A stretch of 64,000 nt of DNA. Origin: Octopus vulgaris. Its lineage: Eukaryota. Location of the stretch: contig OX597814.1 of assembly GCA_951406725.2 (NCBI GenBank), forward strand, positions 180,606,001 through 180,670,000, in the 5' to 3' direction. The notes under the pieces were generated by a model, which made no database searches, was not told the DNA's origin, and saw only the letters and a program-made list of their open reading frames with translations. The position numbers and the translations under genes are program-made. Numbering within the stretch: the stretch's first letter is position 1; each line of letters begins with the position of its first letter. Positions 26,415-39,794 of the stretch are shown one piece after another.

Positions 26415-27017
26415 ACGCGCTGACTCACACATTCGCATATGTATATGTATCAGATACTTTTCATTAAAAAGAGAGCACCACGTTCAATTGACTGCTCAGT
26501 ATATTTGTTATACAGTCACAGAAGTTCTTCATAAATGTCTCTCTTCGATGTTTTTGCCAACAAAGTATCGTCAGTAAAAGATAATTCTGTATATCTTTTG
26601 AAAGAAAGTAAGAATATCTCAAAAATACGACATGAAAACAACTCCGAGAAAAAACAATAAGAGTCGGACCATCGAGAACTTGTGCAGTTGATGTAAATGT
26701 ATGCCAAGTATGGGGAAATTGGGAGAGGTGAAATAGAATGACATACCCAATGATGAGAGGGTACGCTTCAAACCTAACATGATATAAATATTGGTTACAA
26801 ATTTTAGCACAAGGCTGACAATTTTAAAAGTTGGTGGTTAGTCGATTGCAGTACTGGGCTGATACTTATTTTAAGTTGACCTCAGAGGAATTTGAACCCC
26901 GTAAAAAAAGGCAGAAGAAATTGTTGCTTTTTATCCACCACGGTAACGATTCTACTAACTTGACTGCTGTAGTTCAGTGACTGAAAGTCCAGTTGTTGGC
27001 GACCAGCAGCTGGTGTT

Positions 27018-27512
27018 CTTCTTCTTCTTCTTCCAATCAGGACTCTCACCATTAGCCACAAAGATTAATCTCTGATTCGAGCCTACTTTAAGCTACTAAG
27101 AATGCGTGTGGCAACATGAAGATCCATCCACCACACGCGATAGACTGGCGGTTACACGGGCGCGAAAGCTGCGTTGTTATCCTCATTCCGTAAACGGTGG
27201 CTTTTAACGGGTAGAGAGCTGAACCATCCTGGGGTACAGAGGATTCGCAATCTAGACTAGGGTCTGAAAGTTTACCACACCACAGTGGGTTACACCATGG
27301 TTCCTCTGCTTTGTGGCAGAAGTAGGAAGAAAGAGTGAGAGAAAGTTGTGGTGAAAGTGTACAGCGGGGTTCACTACCACCACCCGCCGGAACATCGTGG
27401 AGCTCACGTGTTTTTGCTCAATAAACACTGACAATGCCTGGTCTTGGAATCGAAACCGCGTTCTTACGAGCGCGAGTCCGCTGCCCTAACCACTGGGCCA
27501 TTGCGCCTCCAC
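27018..27512 (-). mobile_element. ~495-bp tRNA-derived SINE with (GAA)n tail
   Basis: A-box TGGCCCAGTGG, B-box GGTTTCGATTCC, perfect 12-bp TSD GCAGCTGGTGTT (27006-27017 / 27513-27524). Confidence 0.88.
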
Positions 27513-27599
27513 GCAGCTGGTGTTTAAACATTTTCCCTTGATTTTTTTTATTGAGCGCACATAAGTATATGCTCAAAGCTTATTAATGTGATACATGTG

Positions 27600-27886
27600 T
27601 ATATTCAAAGGGCAAGACTACTAGGTAGTCGGCCGCATGCTAGAAATAGATCACCAACGATCAAACTACAAAGAATGTTCTCTAGAGGAAAATTCAGCGA
27701 ACACCAGAACAAATTAGGCGGGCAAGACAGATGAAAATTATATAAAAAAACAGAATTAATCACATACCGGCAGTTTCAACTCTTAACAAAAGGATTACTT
27801 ACATAATCCAGATGTCCGTAGTTTCGTCAGTGCGATCGTTCAGACAAATGTAATTTGCCCGCCTAATTTGTTCTGGTGTTCGCTGT
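27600..27886 (-). mobile_element. Hammerhead-bearing cassette, same family as 50864-51535, with inverted end
   Basis: Homologous to ~50965-51215; 31-bp inverted repeat 27695-27725 / 27855-27885. Confidence 0.8.
27759..27836 (-). ncRNA. Type I hammerhead ribozyme with extended stem II
   Basis: ATCGCA-CTGACGA-AACT..GGATTA tgtaag TAATCC..AGTT-GAAA-CTGCCGG-TA-TGTGAT. Confidence 0.8.
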
Positions 27887-29559
27887 ATTATTAATGTCAT
27901 AGGTATTAAAGTATAATCAACATCATTGAGTGTTTATAGGAATATCGAAATATACGTGCGTATTAAAGTGCAGTTTAGAGCTGTTGTATAGAATGAAAAG
28001 TAACGAACCGCAGGTAAACCAGCTTGATGAAGTCGGTGTGGGTATTTTAATTCTCGAAATTTATTAAGGGAATTAAGCCAACCGAGTGTCTTCTATAAGA
28101 AGTGTGCTTGGAGCAGTCTCGCTTCTATAGTAACAAAGTTATTAAAGTCTGCATATTTTTTTAAGTGGGCGAAGAATGAAAAATGTAGTCACTCAATGAT
28201 GTAGTGTGCACCCATATGTATTTGTATTAGAAGCACGTGTTGACGTTTGCAAGGACGTTCTCTGTCTTTTTCTGTTTCTATTGCTTTGTTTCTGCAAAGT
28301 ATTCAGAGGGCACAAAATATTCTCTTCACCGCATCGTGGCAACATCATTACTATTTATTTAGCTCGTTCACTTTCTTACAATTTGAGTTCATTCCACTAT
28401 TTATTCTACTAATACGAATACATACCGCTGAATATTCGGTCATTAAGTGATTACAGTTCTCTCCTTCCCTTTTCAAAAAGACCTATATTTTCAATTTACA
28501 CACAAACACACACACACACACACATGTATATATAGAGATTTATACAAATGCGCTTATATAATAGACACTTATAAGTGTGTGCAACATAGTGCGTATCAGA
28601 AAACCTAAGGCAAATTTGAAGTAGTTAAACTTTAATCTTATTGCTTTCGCTGTGGAAAATTAAGCATATGTGAATACATATAATTATTTCCTTCGTACAC
28701 AAAACAGAGATTTACCTGACATGTTTGAAGGCAGGAGTCATTGACCATTCTTCGGGGGGCAAGTACCATCACACTTCACTTTCGAGGAAGAATCCTTATT
28801 GTAAATATTATTTAACTAGGACTTAGTGTAATCGCTAGATTAAATTCATTGCGCGCAATTAGATTGCAGTAATAATGCTTTTCATAGTGGTGATTTTCGA
28901 CGGTGGAATATGATTTAAAGGAAATTTCGATATTTCATGGACATGTTCTTTTTCTTCTTATGTTCCTTGCTGGAGCATAAGTTAATAGGTTTTTACCAGA
29001 GACAGAAATTTCGTTGCGAATTTGGGGTTGTTGAGTGCTGCTATCTTTCATTATAACTACTTTTATTATGCCTAATACAGAATTTCTAACATCGCAAGAA
29101 GATATGAAATTGAGGCTAGGGCAGTCGATTTAAACATCGACAATAATTAGTTGTGGAACTTGGAAGGATGAAAAGCTAATGTGAATGATTAAAAAGTAAC
29201 TGAATCGGTAGAGCACCAGACAAACTTACGTCCAGAGTTCAAATCTAGTTTATGTTTACTTTTCATCCTTCCAATTTCGACAAAATGAGAACCAAACAAT
29301 TTCTGATGTGGATTAAATCTCATGTCCCGCTTCAATTTTGCATCTTTTTCCGATATTAGAAATTCAATGTTAAACTTAAAAACTGTGATTAATATTATAA
29401 AAAAGATCCATGCTCCCAGCAATCCCAATTCTATGACAAAGTTTCAATCTCCAGTCGAATCATTTCAATTATATTGCAATTTACATAAAAGTATTAATAC
29501 ATGCCAACAAAATAGCATCCAAATTTTCACTAAATCACATTACTCTATCTTCAATAAAG

Positions 29560-29985
29560 AGCGTAATCGGTAAGGTATTTCTTCATACAGTTAAAAACAA
29601 AGATGAGATGGTCATAGTTGGAATGCCTTTTGACCGTAGGTTTTTGCTCGATGAGCCTTGGTTGCATGAGTAAGAAGTTTTCTTTGCAAATGCATGGTTT
29701 TCGATTGCGATCCACTTCGTAGAATCTTGGAGATGTATCTTCTTTCATTGGCTTGGATTAACCAAATTTTCGGCACTGAAATTTGGTAGATGGTAACTGT
29801 GTGAAAACTGTACGATTGTTCCTGTTCCAGGAAGGTAAATTTAATCCGATCTTCGGCTTAATACCACCACCGGTTGCAAAAACGTATGTACCACATATTT
29901 TACATATTTTTCTCTCTTCCCTCTCCAAACGCCAAATCACTATACAACTTTTAGTTGCTCTTTTACCAATTCTTTCGACTGTTCG
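29560..29985 (-). pseudogene. Possible BED-finger/hAT transposase N-terminal remnant
   Basis: KRATKSCIVIWRLEREERKICKICG resembles a BED zinc-finger start; nothing else diagnostic. Confidence 0.3.
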
Positions 29986-30844
29986 ACTAACAGAGCAGAG
30001 TTTTCGTCATATTATTAAAGGAACGCAAATTATCTAAATGCATACTTTGCGTGGCCAAGTTCGCCCCAGAAGTTGAAAATATGAAATCAATTCTGCACTT
30101 ACACTTGGCTTGCACTTGCACATCTACTGAGTCAGCCACACACAACGACTGCTATTATCTATTTTTCATATAGTTAATCTGAGACAGTAATAACTGAATT
30201 ATGTGTGTTAAATGTATTATCACTCATGTTGAGGACAGCCAAATTGATGTTGGCTATGGGAAATGGCAGTGTATTAGCGCTTGGATGTCGCCACAGCTAA
30301 AATTCAGATTCTCTAGATAGCGATATAATTAATCCTATGACCATAAAGATAAAACGTTGATCAATATACTATCAAAAGAACTTGGATAAAACTGCCAGAA
30401 AGATCATCAAAACATACAATTGCCTGGCTATAAATATTGATTTATTCTCACTAGATACAAGGCCAATTTTTATAGAAGAGGCTTTTAGCTGATTGAACCA
30501 ATTACAATGTATTATTGGTGGTTACTTTATTGATTCGCTGAAGGTTGGAAAGCAAATCGGCACAGTTTGAGCTCAGGACAGTAAAATATATAGCTTGTGG
30601 TAAAGCATTTTTGTCCGATATTCTTTACGATCTCGGTCAAATCTAGTGCAGTTTCATAATTTTTTATAATATCGAGACACTGTAATACTAGACTGTTGCA
30701 CATCACTCTTCATAACGATTTACTCAAATTTAGACAAGAAATGTCATTTCTAGAAACGCACCATTAGGGACCCAGAGCCCCCAGTCTTTGTCGATATGTG
30801 TTGTAACGTAACTTGTTACGTACAATAAATAGGATAACCTGCTG

Positions 30845-31176
30845 AGACCCTCTTCGGTTATGACTGACCATGGGATTGCACCTAGAAAGTTACCCTCCGA
30901 GGCACAAGTCCGGGCAAGATTGTTTATGGAAGACCAGTACTCGCCCATGCATACCAGCCTCCCTTCTCCAAACCACTGATGTTATTCAAGGGAAAAGCAA
31001 GGGCCGATACAGCTTAGCACCTGTGACGTCGCAACTCATTTCTACAGCTGAGTAAACTGGATCATCGTGAAATAAAGTGTCTTGCTCAAGAGCACAACTC
31101 GCAGCCCGGCCCGGGATTCGAACTCACAACCTCACGACCATAAGCTCGACGCTCTAACCACTGAGCCATGCGCCTT
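30845..31176 (-). mobile_element. tRNA-derived CORE-like SINE, family C
   Basis: Reverse complement of the 45631-45967 copy; A/B boxes. Confidence 0.9.
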
Positions 31177-31524
31177 CACAGGATAACCAGACAACAGTAA
31201 AAACAGTGTAACGATCTAGAAAATCTCTTTACGAACCAACAGTCAATATTCCTTGTGAACTAACCGATTATTCCAACTGCAGTAGTCAACTGGTACTTTA
31301 TTTTATCGAACCTAGAAGGGTTATCGAACCTGGAAGGACTGTATGCGAAGTAAACTTCAGTAGAATTTTAACTCCTAACAAAACACCACAAGGCATTTTA
31401 CTTTATTACTGCTTTGTTTCTTCAATTCAACCGCCTTTCACAGCGTTTATAGTGGTAACAGTAATTCCTAAAACTGAAACAAAACTAAATATATTGAGTG
31501 GGAAAGGGGGAAGTCTCTTCTATC

Positions 31525-33480
31525 TGTTTCATAATCTCCCCGACGGTGTCGTTAACCCGTCCATACATTTTATTTTGCCTCTCTTCAAGACTGACACATC
31601 ACACTTTCTCAATCCGAACTCCATTCTGATACCAGCACTGAAGGTATACACCGTATCAGCGAGGTAACTGACCAGGGTTTCATCTTTACCATAAAGGTCA
31701 TCTATGAATAACAAATGGTTGACTTTTTGCTGGCGGCTTTTGAATACATACCCAGTTTTTGCTTTCTTCAGAATCAATGTTAGTGGTATCAAGCACAGTA
31801 CAAAGATCAGTGTGGACAGGCAGTCCACTTGGAAGATGCCCCTCCTAATTTCTACTGTCCCTAAATTTCTTCCGTATGCTGTCAGGTCCGTCCTCCAATT
31901 CGCTATACTTTTCCAAGCAATCGCTCAACATTCGATGCAATACCAAATAGGTTCATATATTCATAATCCAAAAATGTGGGATCATATCGTACGCCTTACG
32001 ATAGTCGATCCATGGCATAGCTATGTTACTTTTCCTCCTCTTGTAGTCTCTAAGTACAGCTTTGTCTATCAGGAGTTGATCCTTGGCACCTCTGCACTTA
32101 TGTTTGCAACCCTTCTGCTCATGTGGCAGGACTCCATCTTTTCTAGATGTTTGTATTCTAGTCAATAACTTCCACATAAATGGCAAACAGAATATCGGCC
32201 TGTAATTGTCTACCGTATTGCCTTTTTCGATGTTTTTCAAGCACAGCACTGTCCTATCCAATGTCAACCACTCTGTTGTTACTTGGTCGGCATTTAAAAA
32301 GGTGTTGAGTTGCGCAGCTATTCGTGCATGACATTGACCAAATCTTTTGATCCAGTAGCCTTGAACTCCGTCTGTTCCCGGGGCCTTCCAGTTGCTCATT
32401 TTTTTTTTTTTTTTTTTGCTGATTTCCTTCACTTCCCTAACTGAAATGACTAGTTCTGCCTGTTTTGGACAGACTACTGTTTGTTTCAGTTCTTGCAACC
32501 ATTCAGCATCCTTCTTGTGCTCCTTGTCTTTACTCCAGATGTCACTCCAAAACCTTTGACTTTCAATGTTATCTGGTATCAACTTTCCTTGTATACACTC
32601 TCCATTTATTTCTTTATAGAACCTCTTCTTATCTACTCTGAATAACCTATTCTGGTGGTAACCCCTAATTCTTTGGTCGTATCTTGCCATCTTTGCTTTC
32701 TTTGCAACAAAGCGCTGTTTCAGTTCCTCCACTACTACTTTCAGGCCCTTTCTTTCAATATTATACCTCCTTTTAAGCGCCCTATATTTTTGTTCGATTT
32801 TAAGCAACAATACTTGTTGCCTTGATCAAATTATTTGTTTCCGTGATGTTGTTTGTTCTGACGTATTTCAGAATTGCATTGACATTTTTCGTTTCTTGTT
32901 TCAATTTCCATTGAGCAACCTTTTTAAGGTTGCAAATAATGTCGCTATCATTCTCCTGTAGTCTTGCATTTATTCTGTCATAGATTGCGTTTTGTTCATT
33001 TGTCATGCTGCCTTTATTTTTAGTTTTAGCTTTATTGTCTTCTTTTAGATCATCTGTATGTGTCTCATCAAGTAAACTACCACTGCTCCTTTCCTGTGCT
33101 GTTGAATTACTTTTACTAGAAAGAACTGTATTTTCATTCTTATCTCTGCTGCTATTTTCCATGAGCCGTCATTTGATAGCTTCGAGCTCTACTTCTGTGA
33201 ACCAGCATTTTTTTCTTATTGCTCCAGCTTAATCTCATAGTCTCTGCTCCGTTAGTTGAAACAATCCCTTTTCTCCGCGATGATCATACATACGTTGTCG
33301 GTACCCCCTAATTTGAGAATAATTTTCATCTATCGGGTTGCTCACGTAGTAACACTCCATGATCACAGCATTAATTTATTTGCTCCATCTACGTGGTGTG
33401 TGGTGGTCCCTTTCTGGATATCGACAGGGTGGAGCTGGACCAGAATCTCTGAGCCTACCGGGTGTAACACTGTCACCATC
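31525..33480 (-). mobile_element. R4/Dong-like non-LTR retrotransposon, N-terminus to mid-RT, decayed
   Basis: NAVIMECYY..GYRQRMY N-terminus, FWSDIWS, NWKAPGTDGVQGYWIK, NYRPIFCL, EQKGC..DQLLIDK, WIDYRKAYD, NHLLFIDDL, MEFGLRKC. Confidence 0.9.
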
Positions 33481-33665
33481 ATTGGCTTCAGTTTCATTAC
33501 CACCGTTATTCACAATATTTTGTTTTTTCATTGTCACTCATATGAGGTAGCGATTGTCAGGTTGCGCAATTACCAGTGTTTTTATTGTGACACTATCACT
33601 AGATGTATCATTAATCAGCTCATGATGATGATGAGGAGGAGGAGGCGGCTCCACCCGTTTCCTTT

Positions 33666-34040
33666 CATTATTGTTATTATTATTTTTTTTTCTTCTTTCA
33701 AATTTGCTTCCATTTCTTGCCGAGTGTCTTCCCCGACTCCTAGGGCAAAGAAACTCATAGTATACATTGGTAGGCCATTAAACCAAACTCAATAGTTCTT
33801 TATTTATTTTTTTTTTTTAAGTTAAATTAAAATACATGAGCAGCAACAGTTCTCACATCGACAATGCTCTTCTCAATACGTGTGATGTACCAGTTAAGAC
33901 AATCTTTTGCACTTCTTGCAGGGATGGTAAGCCAGGGATCATTCTCATATAATTTTCGGTTCTCTTCTTGATCATTCCTAGTGCTCCTACGATCACTGGT
34001 ATTGTAACCGCCTTGAGATGCCACATTTTCTCAATTTTTT
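33666..34040 (-). mobile_element. 3' end of R4/Dong-like element (restriction-like endonuclease C-terminus and UTR)
   Basis: KMWHLKAVTIPVIVGALG..LQEVQKIVLTGTSHVLRRAL; tail runs into (TAA)n-like sequence. Confidence 0.85.
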
Positions 34041-34251
34041 TTTCTTTACACAGTTCGAGTAATTCCCCCCTACCCGCGGAGGAATTAGAAACAAAATACT
34101 TAAAACAAGCAAACAATAATTCAACTGTTCTAACAATGCAATAACTATAAATTCAACAATTCTTCAATAATCTTACCTTATTAAACAGAGCCGAATATAT
34201 CAAAAACATAAAAAAACACATTCTTTTTATCTTAGTAGGAGTGTGCAAAGC

Positions 34252-34305
<54 letters not shown>

Positions 34306-34320
34306 CATCATCATCACTGA
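34252..34320. repeat. (ATT)n/(ATC)n microsatellite
   Basis: Direct reading. Confidence 0.95.
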
Positions 34321-34623
34321 TATCGCTGATATTATTGTTTTTATGTGTAGTCGCAGCAGTGGTTGCAGCAACAGCAACAGTAACATGGATAGGGGTAGTG
34401 GTGAGGGTGGTAGTTCGGTCTCAGATTCCTGTACTATCATAATAATAGTAGTTGTAGTGTTAATGTAGTGTTAGTAGTATCAAGTATTAGCAGCAGCAGC
34501 AGCATATTATCAATATATTTTTTATCGTTATCACCATCACCACCAACACCACCATTGTTTTAGGGAAAAGTTGAGTAACATTTGGTTAAGACGTCATATA
34601 CTACAGATCTATAAATAGATTCG

Positions 34624-34693
34624 GCAGCCATTGAGACAAAGGTCAGCCATAGAGACAAAGGACTCTTCGCACCCTTTAGGTCAGGAGAGGTCA
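34624..34693 (+). promoter_or_regulatory. Candidate nuclear-receptor element cluster (perfect DR4)
   Basis: AGGTCA-GGAG-AGGTCA at 34678-34693, third AGGTCA at 34640-34645, duplicated CAGCCAT(T/A)GAGACAAAGG. Confidence 0.35.
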
Positions 34694-35710
34694 AATGTGT
34701 TTACTACTACCAGTGGATACTGGCAGCGCTGCTTTGAAAAGAAGCAATTCAACTTGTTCTATTTGTAATTACTGGTAGGAAAAAACAATAATAATAATAC
34801 ACATACATATGTCGATGAATTTTTGAATTTCTGAATTCAGTTGTGTTGTTGCAATAAAAGGTGTGTTTACGTATTTGGGCAATATATTAAAGTTTTTAAG
34901 TTTTCTTGATATGATCGTTTGTCTGTCCAGTTAGAGAATACAGTAGGACTTTTGCAATGAAAAGGATGTTTACATTTTCGAATGCTCAGAGAGAGTCAAA
35001 AGGAAAAGAAAACAAGTTGTGGCTAGTAAAGTTCTAAGATTTACTAAATATGGTCTTTTGTATGACTGCACAGAGAGAAATGATAGTGTTCTTAGAATAA
35101 AAAGGAGGATGATGCTTACATTTTAAAATACTCAGGGAGAGAGGAAAAGATAAGTCGTCGCACATTAGTTGTAGATATTAAAGGGTTGGGTTTTTTTTTA
35201 AGCTGATCGTTTGTGTGTTCGAAAGCTGTAGGTATGTAAGTTTCCTAACTTATTTTATTTTGAGGAAGATTTAAAATATTCACAGGAAATTGTAGATATT
35301 CAAGTCTTTGAAAATAGTAGGAGGAAAAGATATTCACCTTGTTGGAGTTTTTAATTTCTGAATTTCTCTTTCTTTTTCTTTTGAAATTTTTCTTCTTTTC
35401 TTTTTTAAAAGTTTGGCGGTGGTTTACAGTTTTGTAGTTGTGCAATATGTATATATTGGCAGGTGCTTACTTCTTTTTTTTCTTTTTCTTTTTTAACGTG
35501 CACTTAATTGTGCTGATACAATAAAAGGCATGTTTACATATTCTGTTATTCAGAGAAGAAAGGAAGACAAAGTGTTCACACAAAATTGGAGCTATTAAAG
35601 TTTCTAAATTTTTTTTGAGGTTTTCGTATGTATGACCAAACCTGTAGATATGTAAGTTCCTTAACTTATTTTGAAGGAAATTCAAAATACTCACAGAAGA
35701 CTGTAATTAT

Positions 35711-35761
<51 letters not shown>

Positions 35762-35764
35762 GCA

Positions 35765-36396
35765 AGGCGGCGAGCTGGCAGAAACGCTAGCACGCCGGGC
35801 GAAATGCGTAGCTGTATTTCGTCTGCCGTTACGTTCTGAGTTCAAATTCCGCCGAGGTCGACTTTGCCTTTCATCCTTTCGGAGTCTATAAATTAAGTAC
35901 CAGTTACGCACTGGGGTCGATGTAAACGACTTAATCGGTTTGTCTGTCCTTGTTTGTCCCCTCTGTGATTAGCCCCTTGTGGGTAGTAAAGAAATAGGTA
36001 TTTCTCCCGTTGCTATGTTCTGAGTTCAACTTCCGCCGAGGTCTATTTTGCCGTTTATCCTCTCGGGGTTGATAAATTGAATACCAGTTGAGTGCTAGGG
36101 GCGTCGATGTAACCGACTTAGCCCATCCCCCAAAATTTCAGGCCTTGCGCCTATAGTAGTGAGGATTATTCTTATTACTAAGCGGCGAGCTGGCAGAATT
36201 GTTAGCACGCCAGGCGAAATATTTAGCGCGATATTTCGTCTACCGCTCGTTCTGAGTTCAAATACCGCAGAATCGACTTTGCCTTTCATCCTTTCGGGGT
36301 CGGTAAATTAAGCACCAGTGAAACACTGGGGTCGATGTAATCGACTATACCCCTCCCCGCAAATTTCAGGTCTTGTGCCTATAGTAGGAAGGATTA
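35765..36396 (+). mobile_element. Tandem SINE family A cluster
   Basis: Dimer followed by a further monomer, after a (TAC)n tract. Confidence 0.88.
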
Positions 36397-36414
36397 TTAT
36401 AATAATAATAATAA

Positions 36415-36445
<31 letters not shown>

Positions 36446-36462
36446 ATTTATCCTAATGATTC

Positions 36463-36695
36463 TTATTTCTTTATTGCCCTCAAGGGGCTAAACATAGAGG
36501 AGACAAACAAGGACAGACAAAGGGATTAAGCCGATTACATCGACCCCAGTGCGTAACTGGTACTTTATTTATCGACCCCGAAAGGATGAAAGGCAAAGTC
36601 GACCTCGGCGGAATTTGAACTCAGAACGTAGCAGCAAACGAAATACCGCAAAGCATTTCGCCCGGCGTGCTAACGATTCTGCCAGCTCGCCGCCT
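36463..36695 (-). mobile_element. SINE family A
   Basis: Full-length, inverted relative to the preceding cluster. Confidence 0.9.
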
Positions 36696-36844
36696 TATGT
36701 CATTGTACGATATTGATGGGTGAGTAGTAAGGGTGCTTGTCAGTTAGTGTTAGCTCGGGTTCGATTCTTCGCCGATACGTGAGATTTAATATATTGGCAG
36801 TGTCGGCGGTGATAACAATGTAGTCAATGTGATGGAAATATATA

Positions 36845-37092
36845 GGGTTGGTGTATAATTATTGCGGCTTTTTTTTCAGCAAATTTTATTCAACAAAAAC
36901 AATAACAATATTTAACAAAAACATTTTTAAGTGACGGTCTCACCGTCCGCCAAGCAAATAAGAAGCAGTAATTGTAGTAGATGGTAAATGTGCTCCGGAA
37001 TAATCCTTTAAAGATGTTTTTATTACATGTTGTTATTTTTTTTGTTGAATAAAATTTGTTGAGAAAAAGCCGCAATAATTATGCACTAACCC
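36845..37092. mobile_element. mariner-derived MITE
   Basis: ~90-bp imperfect inverted arms beginning GGGTTGGTGTATAATTATTGCGG, similar to Hsmar1/MADE1-type TIRs. Confidence 0.8.
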
Positions 37093-37577
37093 AAAAGAAA
37101 GAGAGATCCCTTGCGCACGTTTGAAATATGCTGAAATATAGGAAGTTTATCATTGTTCGTTGTTCCCTTTATTTACTCTTCCATTTACACAATTTAGTTT
37201 TCATTTTAAAATGTAGCAATTAAGTTATTTCTACCATTGGAACAATACTACAAATTTTAGAGAGGAGTGTTGTCAACTGAATCGATCCATGTATTTTATT
37301 TATCAAGACCGGCAGAAGAATAAACAATAAACTTGCTCTCGGCAGATTTTGAACTCAAGACGTAAAGGAATGTCATCTTGCCCGCTGTTCTAAAATACTG
37401 CAAATATATCTGTCTTCAATTTCCGCAAGCCAACGAATAAGTCTCTACTTGGTTGTTTGAACTGTGAGAAACAGCAGCCAAATATTCCTCGAAACTCAGC
37501 CTAGTGATTATTTAAATCATAGACACATCATTAACCACCGATAGATAAGATCGTCAAGACTGGAAATACTTTTAATA

Positions 37578-37742
37578 GACGAAGGAGTGGCTGTGTGGTA
37601 AGTAGCTTGCTTACCAGCCACATGGTTCCGGGTTCAGTCCCACTGCGTGGCACCTTGCGCAAGTGTCTTCTACTATAGCCTTGGGCCGACCAAAACCTTG
37701 TGAGTGGATTTGGTAGACGGAAACTGAAAGAAACCCGCCGTG

Positions 37743-37836
<94 letters not shown>

Positions 37837-38037
37837 TGTGTCTGTGTTTGTTCCCCCCCCCCCCAACATCGCTTGACAACCGATGCTGGTGTGTTTACGT
37901 CCCCGTAATTTAGCGGTTCGGCAAAAGAGACCGATAGAATAAGTACTATGCTTACAAAGAATAAGTCCTGGTAATTTGCTCGACTAAAGGCGGTGCTCCA
38001 GCATGGCCACAGTCACATGACTGAAACAAGTAAAAGA
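37578..38037 (+). mobile_element. SINE family B with expanded internal (TA)n(TG)n
   Basis: Full head, domain and tail. Confidence 0.9.
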
Positions 38038-38338
38038 ATAGGTGTGCCAATTACAGCTGATCTAAACTGCAAGAAATTTCTCTCGTTCCTTCTTTCAGCT
38101 TTCCATTTGCCAACTTTGTCTTTGAGTCAGAACCAAATAGAGGCCCTTTATGTGGTCACTGGGTCTGCTAGATATCATAGCTATGTCTCATTAAAATAAA
38201 AATCGTGCGCCTTAGAAAGATGAGGTTATCAAGCTAGAACGTTTTGATCAAAAATCGGTTAAATCAGGATTACCTGAGGACAAACATCATGACAAGAACA
38301 AAAACAGTTATATAACATATTGCTGATGAAACATCAAA

Positions 38339-38397
38339 TAAACCTAAAAACAACCTTTAGAAAACCCTAAAAACAACCTTTAGAAAACCCTAAAAAC
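38339..38397. repeat. 23-bp minisatellite x2.5
   Basis: AAACCCTAAAAACAACCTTTAGA repeated. Confidence 0.85.
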
Positions 38398-39454
38398 AGA
38401 AACGTAAGGAAAGGATACGTTATTTTTGCTTAGGAGAAGCAGTACTGACTGCATATTTTATATCTGTATTATATAAATCGATTTCAATCATTAAAAGAAA
38501 GCCACCGATATCTTAATGATTTTGCCAATCCACTTCCTTTATTATATAATTGATACTATGAGCGTGGCAAATGACAGAAATGATATAATGCCAGACAAAA
38601 GGCGTTTTTATTTACGTATTTATTTATGTATTTATTTGTGCATTTATTGTTTCTTTAGTCATTGTGCTGTGAGATAGAACTTCTTCGCCGCCAGTTTTGC
38701 CTTTCATCTCGCAGATTCGATAAAATAAGTATCATTCAAGCACTGCAGTCGATTAAATTCTCAAACGGCACACCCATCTCTCCAAATTCGTTGCATTACT
38801 CCAAGATTAGAAATCTATATTGCGATATTCAAAACCAGTTGATGGAAAAATCAGTTGGATATCAAACAGCATTATATGCATTATTTGGGTACGTATCTTT
38901 ACGTTCTGAATTCTAATTATTAAGGGAACAGAAAAACGAAAATTGTAGACGTTTTAAGTTTCGTTGTTAAATAGTATTTACATTACTTAGTTAATTTCCT
39001 TTACCTTATGATTTCAAATCACACGAAAAATTATTTGCTCTTTTATTCTTTGACTGATAACATAAAAAGCCGAGAGTATTTCCGTCAATTTAGTCTGTTA
39101 TACTAAGTTTACACCCGTCATTCTAGAAATCCATATTAATAGCATTTAACAATATATGTATTTGAAAATCAAGTACAAAATAAAATATGGTGCAAATTGT
39201 AAAAAAAAAACGGTAAGAAAAATAAATCGTGTTGTTAATTATAAACACTAAGGTGCCCATTGTTAACAAGATCTATTGTAAACTATGCTCTAAAGAGCTA
39301 ATTAAAAACAATATTCTAATTACTCTAAAAAGCTATGGCGCTGTTTGTGAATAACACTCACGCTGTCAGTTGTACACATACACTAAAATAATTATGATAT
39401 TAAGTGTAAATAATAAACAAAAACGCTGTTTGCAAATAATACTCTACAGTGATA

Positions 39455-39794
39455 TCTCTCTTTTACTCTCTTTTACTTGTTTCAGTCATTTGACTGCGGC
39501 CATGCTGGAGCACCGCCTTTAGTCGAGCAAATCGACCCCGGGACTTATTCTTTGTAAGCCCAGTACTTATTCTATCGGTCTCTTTTGCCGAACCGCTAAG
39601 TGACGGGGACGTAAACACACCAGCATCGGTTGTCAAACAATGCTAGATGGACGGGCTTCTTTCAGTTTCCGTCTACCAAATCCACTTACAAGGCTTTGGT
39701 CGGCCCGAGGCTATAGCAGAAGATGCCACGCAGTGAGACTGAACCTGGGACCATGTGGTTGGTTAGCAAGCTACTTACCACACAGCCACTCCTG
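39455..39794 (-). mobile_element. SINE family B (internal deletions)
   Basis: Reverse complement of family B. Confidence 0.9.
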
